Below the pieces are notes generated by a model, which searched no databases, had not been told where the DNA came from, and worked only from the letters and a program-made list of their open reading frames with translations. From an uncultured bacterium (GTDB lineage: Bacteria; Acidobacteriota; Thermoanaerobaculia; Multivoradales; JAHZIX01): a stretch of DNA of 64,000 nucleotides. The stretch is taken from the NCBI GenBank assembly GCA_965368975.1, contig CBDUPA010000001.1:544001-608000 (forward strand), read 5' to 3'. A program made the position numbers and the translations under genes. Shown piece by piece: positions 33,874-43,900 of this stretch; the stretch's first letter is position 1; each line of letters begins with the position of its first letter.

Positions 33874-35190
33874 ATGGCACAGCTAAGCTTCGTCGAACGT
33901 AGAAAGCTTGAGACGCTCTTCGAAATGGGCGGCGGGTACGTTCTCGACTTCTCAAACCGCACTCTTCAGGAATTTGTTGCGGACAGTGTTGGAGTCGAGA
34001 TTTACGACGAGCGATACAATTATGATTCCGGATCGAAGGCGAACCGGCTACGCGGGTTCTGGAAGATCGAATCCGATGCGAACGTTGCCAAACTCATCCG
34101 GGATTTGGTGGACTACGCGGAATTCCTAAACAAGAACACCGATGCGGACCTTGTTTCCGCATGTAGGGCCATAGCTGATCGGCTCGTTGCCAGGTCGAAC
34201 ACGAGCGATTCTGAGAATTCCGCTATGTCCCGTCCGATTCGCGTTTTCATTGCGTACAGCCATGATTCGCCCGAACACGTTCGCCAAGTACTAGCACTCT
34301 CGGACTCCCTGCGGCGGGACGGAATCGACGCCGACCTCGACCAATATCACTTATCGCCGACCGATGGATGGCCCGCGTGGGTCAGTAACCAACTCGCAAC
34401 TGCTGACTTCGTGATCATCGTCTGCACCAAGGTGTTCTTGCGACGTTTTCGCGGCGAAGATAAAGCCAGTATTGGACTTGGGGTTGAATATGAAGGCGCT
34501 CTCCTTCAGGAAACGAACTTCAATGACTCGTCCTTATTTGAAGTCGGTCGCAAGACAACAAGGTACCTGCCGGTTGTGTTTTCGAACACCGATTCAGCCT
34601 ACATTCCCCCGCAGTTTCGCGCGCTTACCTTCTACAACCTAACTGGGCCTGAAGGGTACGGTTTCCTATACCGGCGGCTTACCAATCAACCAAAGCTCGC
34701 CGCTTCCCCTATCGGTGAACTCTTCAAGCCGCCACCAAGAGCTACCGAAGATAAGCTCAACGGGCTACGCACGTTCCTCTGCCATTCGTCAAAGGACAAG
34801 CCAGCGGTCCGCGATCTCTACAAGAAGCTACTGACGCACAACGTAAGACCTTGGCTAGATGAAGAGGATCTATTGGCGGGGCAAATATGGCGCGAAGAGA
34901 TACCCAAGGCTATCCGTGGCTCGCATGCGGTAGTGGTTTGCTTATCAGCCAATGCCGTGAGCAAGGCCGGCTACTTTCACAAAGAGGTGAAATTCGCGCT
35001 TGACGTTCTGGACGAACAACCTGAAGGTACAGTTTTTGTCGTTCCGGTTCGTCTGGCAGAATGCGATATACCTGAACGCCTTGGGCATATTCACTGTGCA
35101 AACCTTTACGACCACAATGGATTCGAGAAATTGCTTCTCGCACTACAATCGCGCGCAAAGCAAGTCGCGGCTAACAACAAAGACATCTAG
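33874..35190 (+). CDS. Putative defence protein: abortive-infection-type N-terminal domain + SEFIR + TIR
   Basis: GGGYVLDFSNRT...GSKANRLRGFW; VFIAYSHDSPEH...LDQY...GWPAW...GVEYE (SEFIR); FLCHSSKDK...PWLDEEDLLAG...GYFHKEV (TIR); atypical codon usage. Confidence 0.85.
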   Translation: MAQLSFVERRKLETLFEMGGGYVLDFSNRTLQEFVADSVGVEIYDERYNYDSGSKANRLRGFWKIESDANVAKLIRDLVDYAEFLNKNTDADLVSACRAIADRLVARSNTSDSENSAMSRPIRVFIAYSHDSPEHVRQVLALSDSLRRDGIDADLDQYHLSPTDGWPAWVSNQLATADFVIIVCTKVFLRRFRGEDKASIGLGVEYEGALLQETNFNDSSLFEVGRKTTRYLPVVFSNTDSAYIPPQFRALTFYNLTGPEGYGFLYRRLTNQPKLAASPIGELFKPPPRATEDKLNGLRTFLCHSSKDKPAVRDLYKKLLTHNVRPWLDEEDLLAGQIWREEIPKAIRGSHAVVVCLSANAVSKAGYFHKEVKFALDVLDEQPEGTVFVVPVRLAECDIPERLGHIHCANLYDHNGFEKLLLALQSRAKQVAANNKDI

Positions 35191-35274
35191 CAATTGCGTG
35201 AGCCGGAGCAGTGAATCCGGCGGAATCTGAAAATAACGCGTAACGTCGCCGCCCGGTTACGCTGGTTGTTAGGC
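35185..35274 (+). mobile_element. attC recombination site
   Basis: R'' ATCTAGC (contains the stop codon; one mismatch to RYYYAAC); L'' GCGTGAGCCGG pairs with L' CCGGTTACGC leaving an extra G; R' GTTAGGC; 90 bp. Confidence 0.7.
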
Positions 35275-35297
35275 ATCGCTCCGCCAGCGCAGGCGGT

Positions 35298-35570
35298 ATG
35301 ATCGACCACGCGCTCGACCGGCTGACCGACGACCTCCGCAGCTTGAGGCTGTGGTCGAGTGGTGCGTTCGACGAGGTGCGACATCTGTCCTACGGCGACG
35401 TCAAGAACAACGGTGTGTACTACCATCCGCGAGCACGCCTCCTCTATTCCGACCTGTCCGGGAGGGAGCTGCGTCATGAGCCGGCTCGGGCGAGCCGCTC
35501 GCTGAACTCGCAGATGTTGTCACTATGGACGAGGTCAGAACTCTATCCACCGCAGGGTCTTAAGAGTTAG
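35298..35570 (+). pseudogene. Probable truncated cassette ORF
   Basis: ATG 24 nt after the attC; the ORF reads through an attC-right-half-like segment (GCTCGCTGAACTCGCAGATGTTGTC) with no left half. Confidence 0.4.
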
Positions 35571-35637
35571 CGCTAGCATTGAAGAGGTCTCAGTTTGGGA
35601 ATCTCGTCTGACGGCGGGGGACATCCTTGGTGCGAGA

Positions 35638-35925
35638 CTACCGCTCGCTCTTCGGCCTCTGAATCACCCGCATCGTCCCCTGCTCCTCTCGCTCCCGCTG
35701 CAACTTCTGCACGTGCTCCGTCAGCCACCGATCCCGCTCTGCCTGAGCTTCTTCGAGCGTCCGATACTTCCGGACTCCCTTCGGATAGCTGCGTGGATTC
35801 AAGAGCGCACTCCGTCGCCACAATTGACGAACCCGCTCGAGGTACGCGTCGTCTGGCTCATCGCACCACATGTCGCGGTCGGCGGCGTTCATTTCTTCGA
35901 GCGTTCGGAACTTTTGTACTGGCAT
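35638..35925 (-). CDS. Small hypothetical protein with duplicated VxK(F/Y)RTLEE motif; paralog of 26452-26709
   Basis: MPVQKFRTLEEM ... YPKGVRKYRTLEEAQAERDRW. Confidence 0.75.
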   Translation of the reverse strand: MPVQKFRTLEEMNAADRDMWCDEPDDAYLERVRQLWRRSALLNPRSYPKGVRKYRTLEEAQAERDRWLTEHVQKLQREREEQGTMRVIQRPKSER

Positions 35926-36065
35926 TGGAGCGGAGCCTCAATCCTCAAAGAAGAACCGTTGTAGAAGGCGTGAAGAGCTGCCTCGAGCGCCCATGACTAT
36001 CGAACGATGTTATCTCGCTTGGCGCCACGACGTCTGAGCGGCTCGGCTGTGCGCCCAGAAAATGC

Positions 36066-36096
36066 AAAAGCCCGGCATCTTCGAGATGCCGGGCTT
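36066..36096 (-). terminator. Intrinsic terminator after the small precursor gene
   Basis: AAGCCCGGCATCT-cga-AGATGCCGGGCTT 13-bp stem ending in TTTT, then GCATTTT, on the minus strand. Confidence 0.8.
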
Positions 36097-36117
36097 GACC
36101 GAAGGAGGTACTAGCCT

Positions 36118-36291
36118 TCAGCAGGCGAAGCAGGATCCGCCGATGTCGCAGGTCTGCTGGGAGTTGCAGGGATAGCACGTGAACGTGCAAACGACGGTGC
36201 AGACCTCGGTAGCAGCGCCCTTGGCTTGTTGCGTGGAAGATTCGCTGAGCACGGAGAGTGTTTCGCGGCTGAGGCGTAGCTTCTTCTTCAT
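36118..36291 (-). CDS. lanA: Second lanthipeptide-like precursor (57 aa, below the ORF-track cutoff)
   Basis: MKKKLRLSRETLSVLSESSTQQAKGAATEVCTVVCTFTCYPCNSQQTCDIGGSCFAC*; AAGGAGG RBS; own terminator; TTGACT-N18-TACCCT upstream (36382-36353). Confidence 0.85.
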   Translation of the reverse strand: MKKKLRLSRETLSVLSESSTQQAKGAATEVCTVVCTFTCYPCNSQQTCDIGGSCFAC

Positions 36292-36505
36292 AGGTATGAC
36301 CTCCTTGAAGATTTCTCAGAACCTGCTTAGGTTCAATGAATAATGTGTTCTTAGGGTAGTGTGCTTGGTAGGTCGAAGTCAATGCCCTGGTGGCGCTTGC
36401 TCGGTGGTCCGTGCCGGAATTGTCCGGTAGACGATCTGGTTGTTGAGCAAAACGACTGTCTCTCACGCGGAGCCCGACGCTATCCGCAACTACCGGAGGC
36501 CCCTG

Positions 36506-39500
36506 ATGCGAAACCGTGTTCGTCCCCTCGTTCTGCCGACCTTCGGCCTGTTGTTGCTGACTCTGACTTCGGCGGCGCACGCCCAGGAGCCGCTCTTCAC
36601 GTCGCAGGTGCGCAGTGCCCAAGGCGACGGATGGCGTGTGATGGTGAACGTGGACGGGCTCTTGACGGCACCGGAGTTGCTCACGTTCGAGTTACCTACG
36701 GGAGAGACGGTGTGGGCGCGTCAGGACCACTTCGAGGTCGACGGTTCGTTCGTCGACGACGAAGGCGACGTCCGAGAGACGTTTCGCTGGTGGGGCAAGA
36801 CGGACGATGGCGAAGACGTCCTGCTCAACGGCGTTGGGAACCAGGTGGCGGGAACGGTGATGCTGCAGTCAGGGATGTATCGGCTGCAGCCTACAGGCAG
36901 TCGTCAGCACCGCTGGTTCCGCGCAGCTGACCCGGAGGCGGGCTGCGGGACCGATCAGGATGTGGTGCAACGAGTCCGTTCGGTCCTCGAATCACGAGTG
37001 GCCGCTGAGGCCACGGCCTCGGCGGTGGTCACCGGACAGGACACGGGCACCGAGGATGTCGCGGCCGGCAAGGCGGGGCCGACAGTCGACGTGGTCATGG
37101 TCTACAGTCCTTCGGCCCGCGCGCGCGTCGGTGGGGATGCGGCGATGCTGGCGGAGATCCGCAGTGATATCGATTACACGAATCGGGCGCTGGGCAACAG
37201 CTTGATCGACGCGAGCGTTCGCCTCTTGCAGGTAGAGCAGGTGAACTATCAGGCGGACGCGGGCAGTGATGCCGGGCTCAACTGGTTGATCACCAACGGT
37301 GACGGCATTCGCCGCGCCTGGGGAGCAGATATCGTTGGGATCATCCACCACGTGACCGACTATTGCGGCATCGCTGCGTATCGGGGTATCCGCGGCAATG
37401 CCGACGGTGGCTTTTTCCTGACCGCCTCGAACTGTCTCGGCCGGGGCACGACGGCGCACGAGTTGGGGCATTTATGGGGTGCCGATCACGATCCTGAGAA
37501 CGCGGGCATCGCGCATGGCACGCAGTCGTTCGCCACCTATCCCGATGCCTATGGCAACTTCTATGACGGCATCTACCGCACGATCATGTCGTACAGCCGT
37601 CCGTGTGACCTGGGATGCCCCAAGGCACCGTACTTCTCCAATCCTGCGGTTTCGTATCTCGGTCGGCCGACGGGCACGAGCCAGCGCGCCAACCATCGCG
37701 TCATCCGCGACTACAGCCCGACAGTTTCGCGCTATTTCACGTCCAAGGCCGGGCCGCCGGCAGGGCCCACGGATCTGACCGCGGAAGTGGTGGAGACGGC
37801 GAGTGGCTTCGAGGTGATGCTGACCTGGACCGATCGCGCCAGCAAGGAGGGGCACTACGAACTCTACCGGGCGACGGACGGCGGCGCGCTGCCACGTTTG
37901 ACCCGGCTGAGCAAGAATAGCGAGCGTTATGTCGACCGGGCGGTCGAAGGGCGGCGAACCTACAGATACCAGGTGGAAGCGGTAAACCTGCAGGGCAGCA
38001 GCCGCTCGGAAGAGGTCGAGGTCGAGGTGGTGGCACTGGCGGCCCAGTTGGAGGTGCAAGCCAACCTGCTACGGGCCGGTGAGCCGGTGGTCTTTGACCT
38101 GCGGGTCGAAGGGAGTGGCCGGCGGGCACTGTGGTCCTTCACGCCGATTCTCGGCACACAAGCGACGGATGGGCTTGCGGTCACGGATGCCGCGAGTGGT
38201 TGGGGAGCGGTCCACGTGTTCGACACGCCCGGTGTGTATGAGGTCAGGGTGAAGGTGCAGGGCGGCCACGGACAGGAGGTCGCTGCGAACCTGACGCTCG
38301 ACGTACGTGGCGCGACGCCAGTCTGGACGCGCACGGCGTCGCGGTTGCAGAGCGTGATCCATGGTCCGCGCGGCGGCGGTGGCGTCTTCGAAAGCCAGCT
38401 GTGGCTGCACAATGCGGGCGCCGCGCCCGCGCTGGTCGACCTGGCGTTCCTGGCGCGCGGCCAGGACAACCGCACGGCGCGTCGGCGTGCGTTGACCTTG
38501 TTGCCGGGGCGGACGCTGCACTTGCCGGATGTGGTGTCGACGCTAGACGCCGAGGGCGCCGGGGCGCTGAGCGTCGAGGCGCGAGCCAATGCGGATCTGC
38601 ACAGCGCTGCGCCACGCGTGCTGGCCTTCGGTCGGTCGTTCGTCGAGCGTCCCCAGGGCCCGAACGGTGCGAGCTTCGGCCAGCGGGTGGGGGAAGAGCC
38701 GGCGGAGCTGTGGAGCGACGCCACGCGCTGGATCGTCGGGCTCTACGATGGTCCCGAGGTCGACGACGTGACCGAAGCTGACGACGGAGCCGAGACGGGC
38801 TGGCAGGCGACGTTGCACGGTGTCAACCTGGAGGATCGTCCCGGCCGCCTGACGCTGGAGCTGACGGACGCGCTGGGTCGTGCCGTCGGTGAGCCGGCAG
38901 AGCTGGGCTTGCCGCCGCAGGGCATGCGCTTCCAGCGGCTGATTCAGCTGTTCCCCGAGGTGCGTGCCTTCCAGCCACCGTTCACCGCGCGGGTGACATC
39001 CAATGGCATCCGCTTCCTGGCGTCCGGGACGCTGCTCGAGAGCGGCTCGGAGGATCAGGCGTTCTTACCAGGACAGGGTGAGCTGGTGGGGCCGGCGAGT
39101 GTCCAGACACGCCTGCTGATTCCGCGTGTCGTCGAGGGACCGGGGCAGTTTGGTGTCACGCTGAGTACGAGGCTGCTGCTGCACAATCCGGCTGACGTCG
39201 CGCGTACGCTAACGCTGGAGCTACTCGAACGGGGGCAGGACAACTCGCAGCCCAAGACTGCGACCGTGACGGTGCCGGCGGGACAGACGCGGGAGATCCG
39301 AGCGGTGTTGCCGTCGCTCTTCGACATCGACAGCGGTGCTGGTGCGCTGGCTCTCAGCTGGCAAGGGGAGGGACCTGCTCCGCAGGCGGCCGCGTTGGTC
39401 TTCGCGCGCGCTGAGGCGGGGGAGCGTTTCGCCACGCGCGTCGAGGCGCGCCCACCTACTGCAGCGGCGACCGAGCGGTCGATCGACTTCGGTGCCGAGC

Positions 39501-39805
39501 AGTCGTCGCGTTTCACGTCTGCCTACGGTGTGCTCAGCCTGTTCGAGCGCACGACGCGGCTGGAGCTGATCCTGCGCGACGGCCAGGGCGTCGAGCTGGC
39601 ACGGCGGACACAGAACTTGCGGCCACATCAGCATCTGGAGCGGAGTCTGCTCGGGCTCTTCGAGGACGCGGCTGGTCAGCTCCAAGGCGTCCAGGATCTG
39701 GCTGTCGAGACGCGCGTGCTGGCAGGTGGGCCAGTGCTCACGTACCTGATCAATGTCAACGTCTCGGGTGACGTCTTCTACGTGCCGGGGCGTGGGTGGC
39801 GCTAG
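36506..39805 (+). CDS. Secreted reprolysin-like (M12) zinc metalloprotease with FN3, PKD-like and C-terminal repeats
   Basis: Signal peptide; AHELGHLWGADHD; Met-turn RTIMSY; YFSNP; FN3 (LTWTDRAS.E..Y); two 'GP.G.....L.LHN' repeats; GGAGG RBS. Confidence 0.88.
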   Translation: MRNRVRPLVLPTFGLLLLTLTSAAHAQEPLFTSQVRSAQGDGWRVMVNVDGLLTAPELLTFELPTGETVWARQDHFEVDGSFVDDEGDVRETFRWWGKTDDGEDVLLNGVGNQVAGTVMLQSGMYRLQPTGSRQHRWFRAADPEAGCGTDQDVVQRVRSVLESRVAAEATASAVVTGQDTGTEDVAAGKAGPTVDVVMVYSPSARARVGGDAAMLAEIRSDIDYTNRALGNSLIDASVRLLQVEQVNYQADAGSDAGLNWLITNGDGIRRAWGADIVGIIHHVTDYCGIAAYRGIRGNADGGFFLTASNCLGRGTTAHELGHLWGADHDPENAGIAHGTQSFATYPDAYGNFYDGIYRTIMSYSRPCDLGCPKAPYFSNPAVSYLGRPTGTSQRANHRVIRDYSPTVSRYFTSKAGPPAGPTDLTAEVVETASGFEVMLTWTDRASKEGHYELYRATDGGALPRLTRLSKNSERYVDRAVEGRRTYRYQVEAVNLQGSSRSEEVEVEVVALAAQLEVQANLLRAGEPVVFDLRVEGSGRRALWSFTPILGTQATDGLAVTDAASGWGAVHVFDTPGVYEVRVKVQGGHGQEVAANLTLDVRGATPVWTRTASRLQSVIHGPRGGGGVFESQLWLHNAGAAPALVDLAFLARGQDNRTARRRALTLLPGRTLHLPDVVSTLDAEGAGALSVEARANADLHSAAPRVLAFGRSFVERPQGPNGASFGQRVGEEPAELWSDATRWIVGLYDGPEVDDVTEADDGAETGWQATLHGVNLEDRPGRLTLELTDALGRAVGEPAELGLPPQGMRFQRLIQLFPEVRAFQPPFTARVTSNGIRFLASGTLLESGSEDQAFLPGQGELVGPASVQTRLLIPRVVEGPGQFGVTLSTRLLLHNPADVARTLTLELLERGQDNSQPKTATVTVPAGQTREIRAVLPSLFDIDSGAGALALSWQGEGPAPQAAALVFARAEAGERFATRVEARPPTAAATERSIDFGAEQSSRFTSAYGVLSLFERTTRLELILRDGQGVELARRTQNLRPHQHLERSLLGLFEDAAGQLQGVQDLAVETRVLAGGPVLTYLINVNVSGDVFYVPGRGWR

Positions 39806-39942
39806 TCGTTGCGCCAGTTTGCAGGACGCTGTAGGGAATCCGCGTCCGCGTGTCCAAGCACCGTTCGGCTCACGTACAACATATATACAGTGTTTATCTG
39901 AGCCCTGGATTGCCATGCCGGATTGGGGCATAATCTCGCTCT

Positions 39943-40947
39943 ATGACTTCCGAAACAGCAGCCGCACCGACCCTCGACGAGATCCGGGACGCGCGTCGCC
40001 GAGTCGGTGACTTGATCGTCACCACGCCGACCTGGCACTGGCGCGGCCGCGAGGCCGAGAGGGCCTTCGGCGACACCCAGGTGTTCCTCAAGCTCGAGCT
40101 GTTCCAGTACGCGGGTACCTTCAAGCCGCGCGGCGCTCTGCTCAACATGCTGGAGATGGACGACGACGCGCGCCGTCGAGGTGTCACCGCGGTGAGCGCG
40201 GGCAACCACGCGATGGCGGTGGGGTACGCCGCCAAGGCCTTGGGCATGCAGGCCAAGGTGGTGATGCCGAAGACGGCCAGCCCGGTGCGTGTGCAAGGGT
40301 GTGAGGCGTACGGCGCCGAGGTGGTGCTGGTTGACGACGTGCATCAGGCCTTCGACGAGGTCAGGCGGATCGAGCGCGAAGAAGGCCGCACCTTCATTCA
40401 TCCCTTCGAGGGGCGCAACGTGGCGCTGGGCACCGGCATGGTGGGCCTGGAGCTGGCCGAGCAGGTCCCGGATCTCGATGCGGTGATCATTCCGGTGGGG
40501 GGCGGTGGTCTGGCGGCTGGTATCTCGACGGCGTTGCGTGCGGCGCAGCCGAGCTGTGATTTGTTCGGCGTCGAACCCGAGGGGGCCGACTCGATGCACC
40601 GCAGCTTCGCTGCTGGCAGTCCGCAGGCGATCGAGCGCGTGCGCACCATCGCGGACAGCCTCGGCGCCCCGCATGCGGCGCCGTATAGTTTCGAGCTCTG
40701 CCGCCGCAACCTGACCGGCCTGGTGAAGATCGACGACGATGCGTTGCGTGCGGCCATGGGACTGCTGTTCGCGGACATGAAGCTGGCTGTGGAGCCAGCG
40801 GCCGCGGCGGCGACGGCAGCTCTCTCCGGCCCTCTGGCCGAGCGCTTGCGCGGGCGCCGGGTGGGACTGGTGGTCTGTGGAACCAACTACGATCTGGCCA
40901 GCTTCGCGGCCAATGCCCAAGGCGGAACTGCCCGGCGGCCGACCTAG
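39943..40947 (+). CDS. PLP-dependent threonine/serine dehydratase family protein
   Basis: LKLELFQYAGTFKPRG, SAGNH, PVGGGGL and VEPAAA motifs. Confidence 0.9.
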   Translation: MTSETAAAPTLDEIRDARRRVGDLIVTTPTWHWRGREAERAFGDTQVFLKLELFQYAGTFKPRGALLNMLEMDDDARRRGVTAVSAGNHAMAVGYAAKALGMQAKVVMPKTASPVRVQGCEAYGAEVVLVDDVHQAFDEVRRIEREEGRTFIHPFEGRNVALGTGMVGLELAEQVPDLDAVIIPVGGGGLAAGISTALRAAQPSCDLFGVEPEGADSMHRSFAAGSPQAIERVRTIADSLGAPHAAPYSFELCRRNLTGLVKIDDDALRAAMGLLFADMKLAVEPAAAAATAALSGPLAERLRGRRVGLVVCGTNYDLASFAANAQGGTARRPT

Positions 40948-40984
40948 TCGACCCGCTGCCCAGGCGCCCGTGGCGTGCCACCTG

Positions 40985-43900
40985 ATGCTGGACATCGGAA
41001 CCAAACTCCTCGATCGCTACGAGATCCTCGCCGAAATTGGCCGCGGTGGCGTGGGCGTGGTGTACGAGGCGAGCGACATCAAGCTGCAGCGGACCGTGGC
41101 GGTCAAGTTGCTCAACGCACCGCGCGCCGATGCCGAGACGCTGGCCCGCTTCGACCGTGAAGCGCGTTTGATCGCACGCCTGGACCATCCGGCGATCGTG
41201 CCGATCTTCGACGTTGGCAGTTGCGACCTCGGGGCGGAAGGCGAAGTGCCGTACTTTGTCATGCCGCACGTCGGTGGCGAGAGCCTGCGTTCGCGCCTGC
41301 GCCTGCGCTCACTGAGCCTGTCCGAGATGCTGGATGTGCTGGTGCAGGTAGCGCGCGGGCTCGACTACAGCCACGCCAAGAACGTCGTGCACCGTGACGT
41401 CAAGCCGGGCAATATCGTGTTGTCGCAGGAGCCCGGCGGCGGCTTGCGTGCACGGCTGACGGATTTCGGCATGGCGCGCAGCGGAGAGTTCGACGAGCGG
41501 CTGACCGATACCGGTTCGGTCATGGGCACGATGGTCTATCTGAGCCCGGAGCAGGCCTGCGGACACGATGTCGACGCGCGCTCCGACATCTACTCACTGG
41601 GCGTCGTGCTCTACGAGTGCCTCGCCGGCACGCCGCCGTTCACCGGCAATCCGGCGGCGGTGGTGATGGGAATCACTCAGCTGCAACCGGCGTCGCTGTC
41701 CGAGCGTGGGCTCGGGCTGGACGACGAGCTGGAGGCTCTGGTGCTGCAGTGCCTGGAGAAAGACCCGGCCCTACGGCCGCCGACCGCTGGCGAAGTGGCC
41801 GCGCGCCTGCTGCGTTTGCGGGCGCGGCTGGTCGAAGGTGAGACGATGACGGTGCCGGTTCTGCCGCCGGTGGTCGGCCGCGGTCAGGAAGCGACGCGGA
41901 TCCTGCATCCCAGTGGCGAGGCGACCGCTGTTTTCGAGTCGCAGCCGCGGAAGCCACGCGGTGCACCTGGGGTACCGCTTTCGTGTCTGTGCCGTGAGGA
42001 CGAGCTGGACGCGCTGGAGAGGCGTCTGCGCGCGGCGGTCGAGACGGCGGGTTGTCAGCTGGTGCTGATCGGTGGTGAGACCGGCATGGGCAAGACCGAA
42101 CTAGTAGAGGAACTCGGACGGCGCGCGCAGAACGGTGGCGGTTTGGTTCTCAGTGGTCGCTTTGTCGAGGACGATGCCTTCGCCCACCAAGGTTTCTGTG
42201 AGTTGATCCAAGATTATTTCGATGGCGGTTCAGTGCGCGGCATGACGCTGGTGGAAGATCTCGCCGACCTGGTGCCGGATCTGCTCGGCCTCTTTCCCAG
42301 CCTGGGCGAGATCGAGGCGCTGCGCGGCTTCGCCTCGTCGCGCGGCTGGCGCAGCGGCGACCGCCGCCGCAGCGAGGATCCGACCCACATCTTCGAGCTG
42401 ATCTCCCGCACGCTGATCCGGATGGGAGAAGGCCGTGTGCTGGTGCTGCTGCTGGAGGAGCTGCACGCCACACATGCCGGTATCGAGGCGTTGCATTACG
42501 TGGTGCGGCGGCTGGCCGCAACGACGACCCTGATGGTGGGTACCTTCCGTCCCTCGGCCACGACCGGCGAGCATCCCCTGGACCAGATGCGTGCGGCCTT
42601 CGCCGGTGATCCCCGCTTTCAACTCCTGGAACTCGAGCGTCTGAACGCCGAGCAGCACCTGCGCCTGCTGCGCGCGATCACCGGTAAGGAACACATTGAC
42701 CCTAAACTGGCACGGCGCCTGCTCGAGATCACCGAAGGCAACCCCTTCTTTACCCGTGAAGTGGTGCGCTCACTGAGGCCGGAGGGGGGCACTTTGCCCA
42801 GGTCGCCGTGGCAGATCGGAGCCGATGCAGGTTCGGATTCGCAAGCCGGCTGGGACGTCGAGTCGGCCGTCGGCATGCTGCCGGACACGATCCAGCAGGT
42901 GGTCAGCCGCCGACTGCAGCGCCTGTCGGCGGAACTGCGGCAGGTGCTCAGCGTCGCCGCGGTGCTTGGCCGTACCTTTGCCTTCTCCGACCTGGGTGCA
43001 CTGGTGCAACTGCCCGGTGATCTGGATGATGCGGTCGATGCTCTGGTGACGGCGGCCTTTCTCGAAGAGGCTCCGCAACTGGCCGGTGATCAGCTGCGTT
43101 TTTCCAGTGCCATCGTCCGCGACGTGCTCTACGACGAATTGCCACCGCGCAAGCGGCGGTCACTGCACCGCGCTTTCGCCAACCACCTGGAAGCGACCTA
43201 CGCCGGACGTTTGGAGCAGGTCTACCCGCAGCTGCTGCATCACTACGTCTGTGCCCGCGTGGCCGAGCGCGTGCGAGATTATGGGCTGCGGCTGGCCAGC
43301 TTGAAGGTGGAGCTTTCGAGCGGTGCCGCGGCGCTGGCCGCTGCCGAGCGCGCCGCCGCGGCGCAGGCCGAGCTGACGGAGGTGGGGCCGGCCGCCGCCG
43401 GTGAATTGAGCCGGGTGCTGGGGCAGTCCAAGCACCTGACCGGGGACTTCGACGGCGCGCTGGAGGCTTTTTCCGAGGCCGATCGACACTTTCGGCGCAG
43501 CGGCCAGACGGCGGAACGCACGCATGTCGCGGCCCTGGCGGCCGAGGCTGCCTGGCGCGCGCGGCGCGTCGACGAGGTGGGTGCCTGGGTGGATCGCGGC
43601 CTGGCCCAGGTCGGGCCGGGCGTCGAACTGCACCGCCGACGCCTGCTGCGCCTGGGCGCCACGCTGGCCAACCTGCGCGGTGAATACCACCGGGCGCGTC
43701 AGTACCAGCAGCAGGCCGACCAGTTGCGTCCGCGCCAGCTCGAAGGGCGCACCGAGATGCCGCGCGGTGGCCGCCTGGTGGTCGGCTTGCCGGCGGAACT
43801 GCGGGGTCGCCACCCAGTGGAGCTGCGACTGGTGGAGGAGATGGAGGTGCTGGCCAACGTGTTCGAGACGTTGTTGGTCAAGGACAGCCAGGGCGTGCTG

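Larger units (their letters stand above)
33734..35522 (+). mobile_element. Integron cassette array remnant without integrase (CALIN-like)
   Basis: Core sites GTTAGAC (33734), GTTAGGT (33851) and GTTAGGC (35268), degenerate GTTGTCA (35516); one full attC and two attC right-half-like segments; lower GC than the flanks. Confidence 0.6.
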
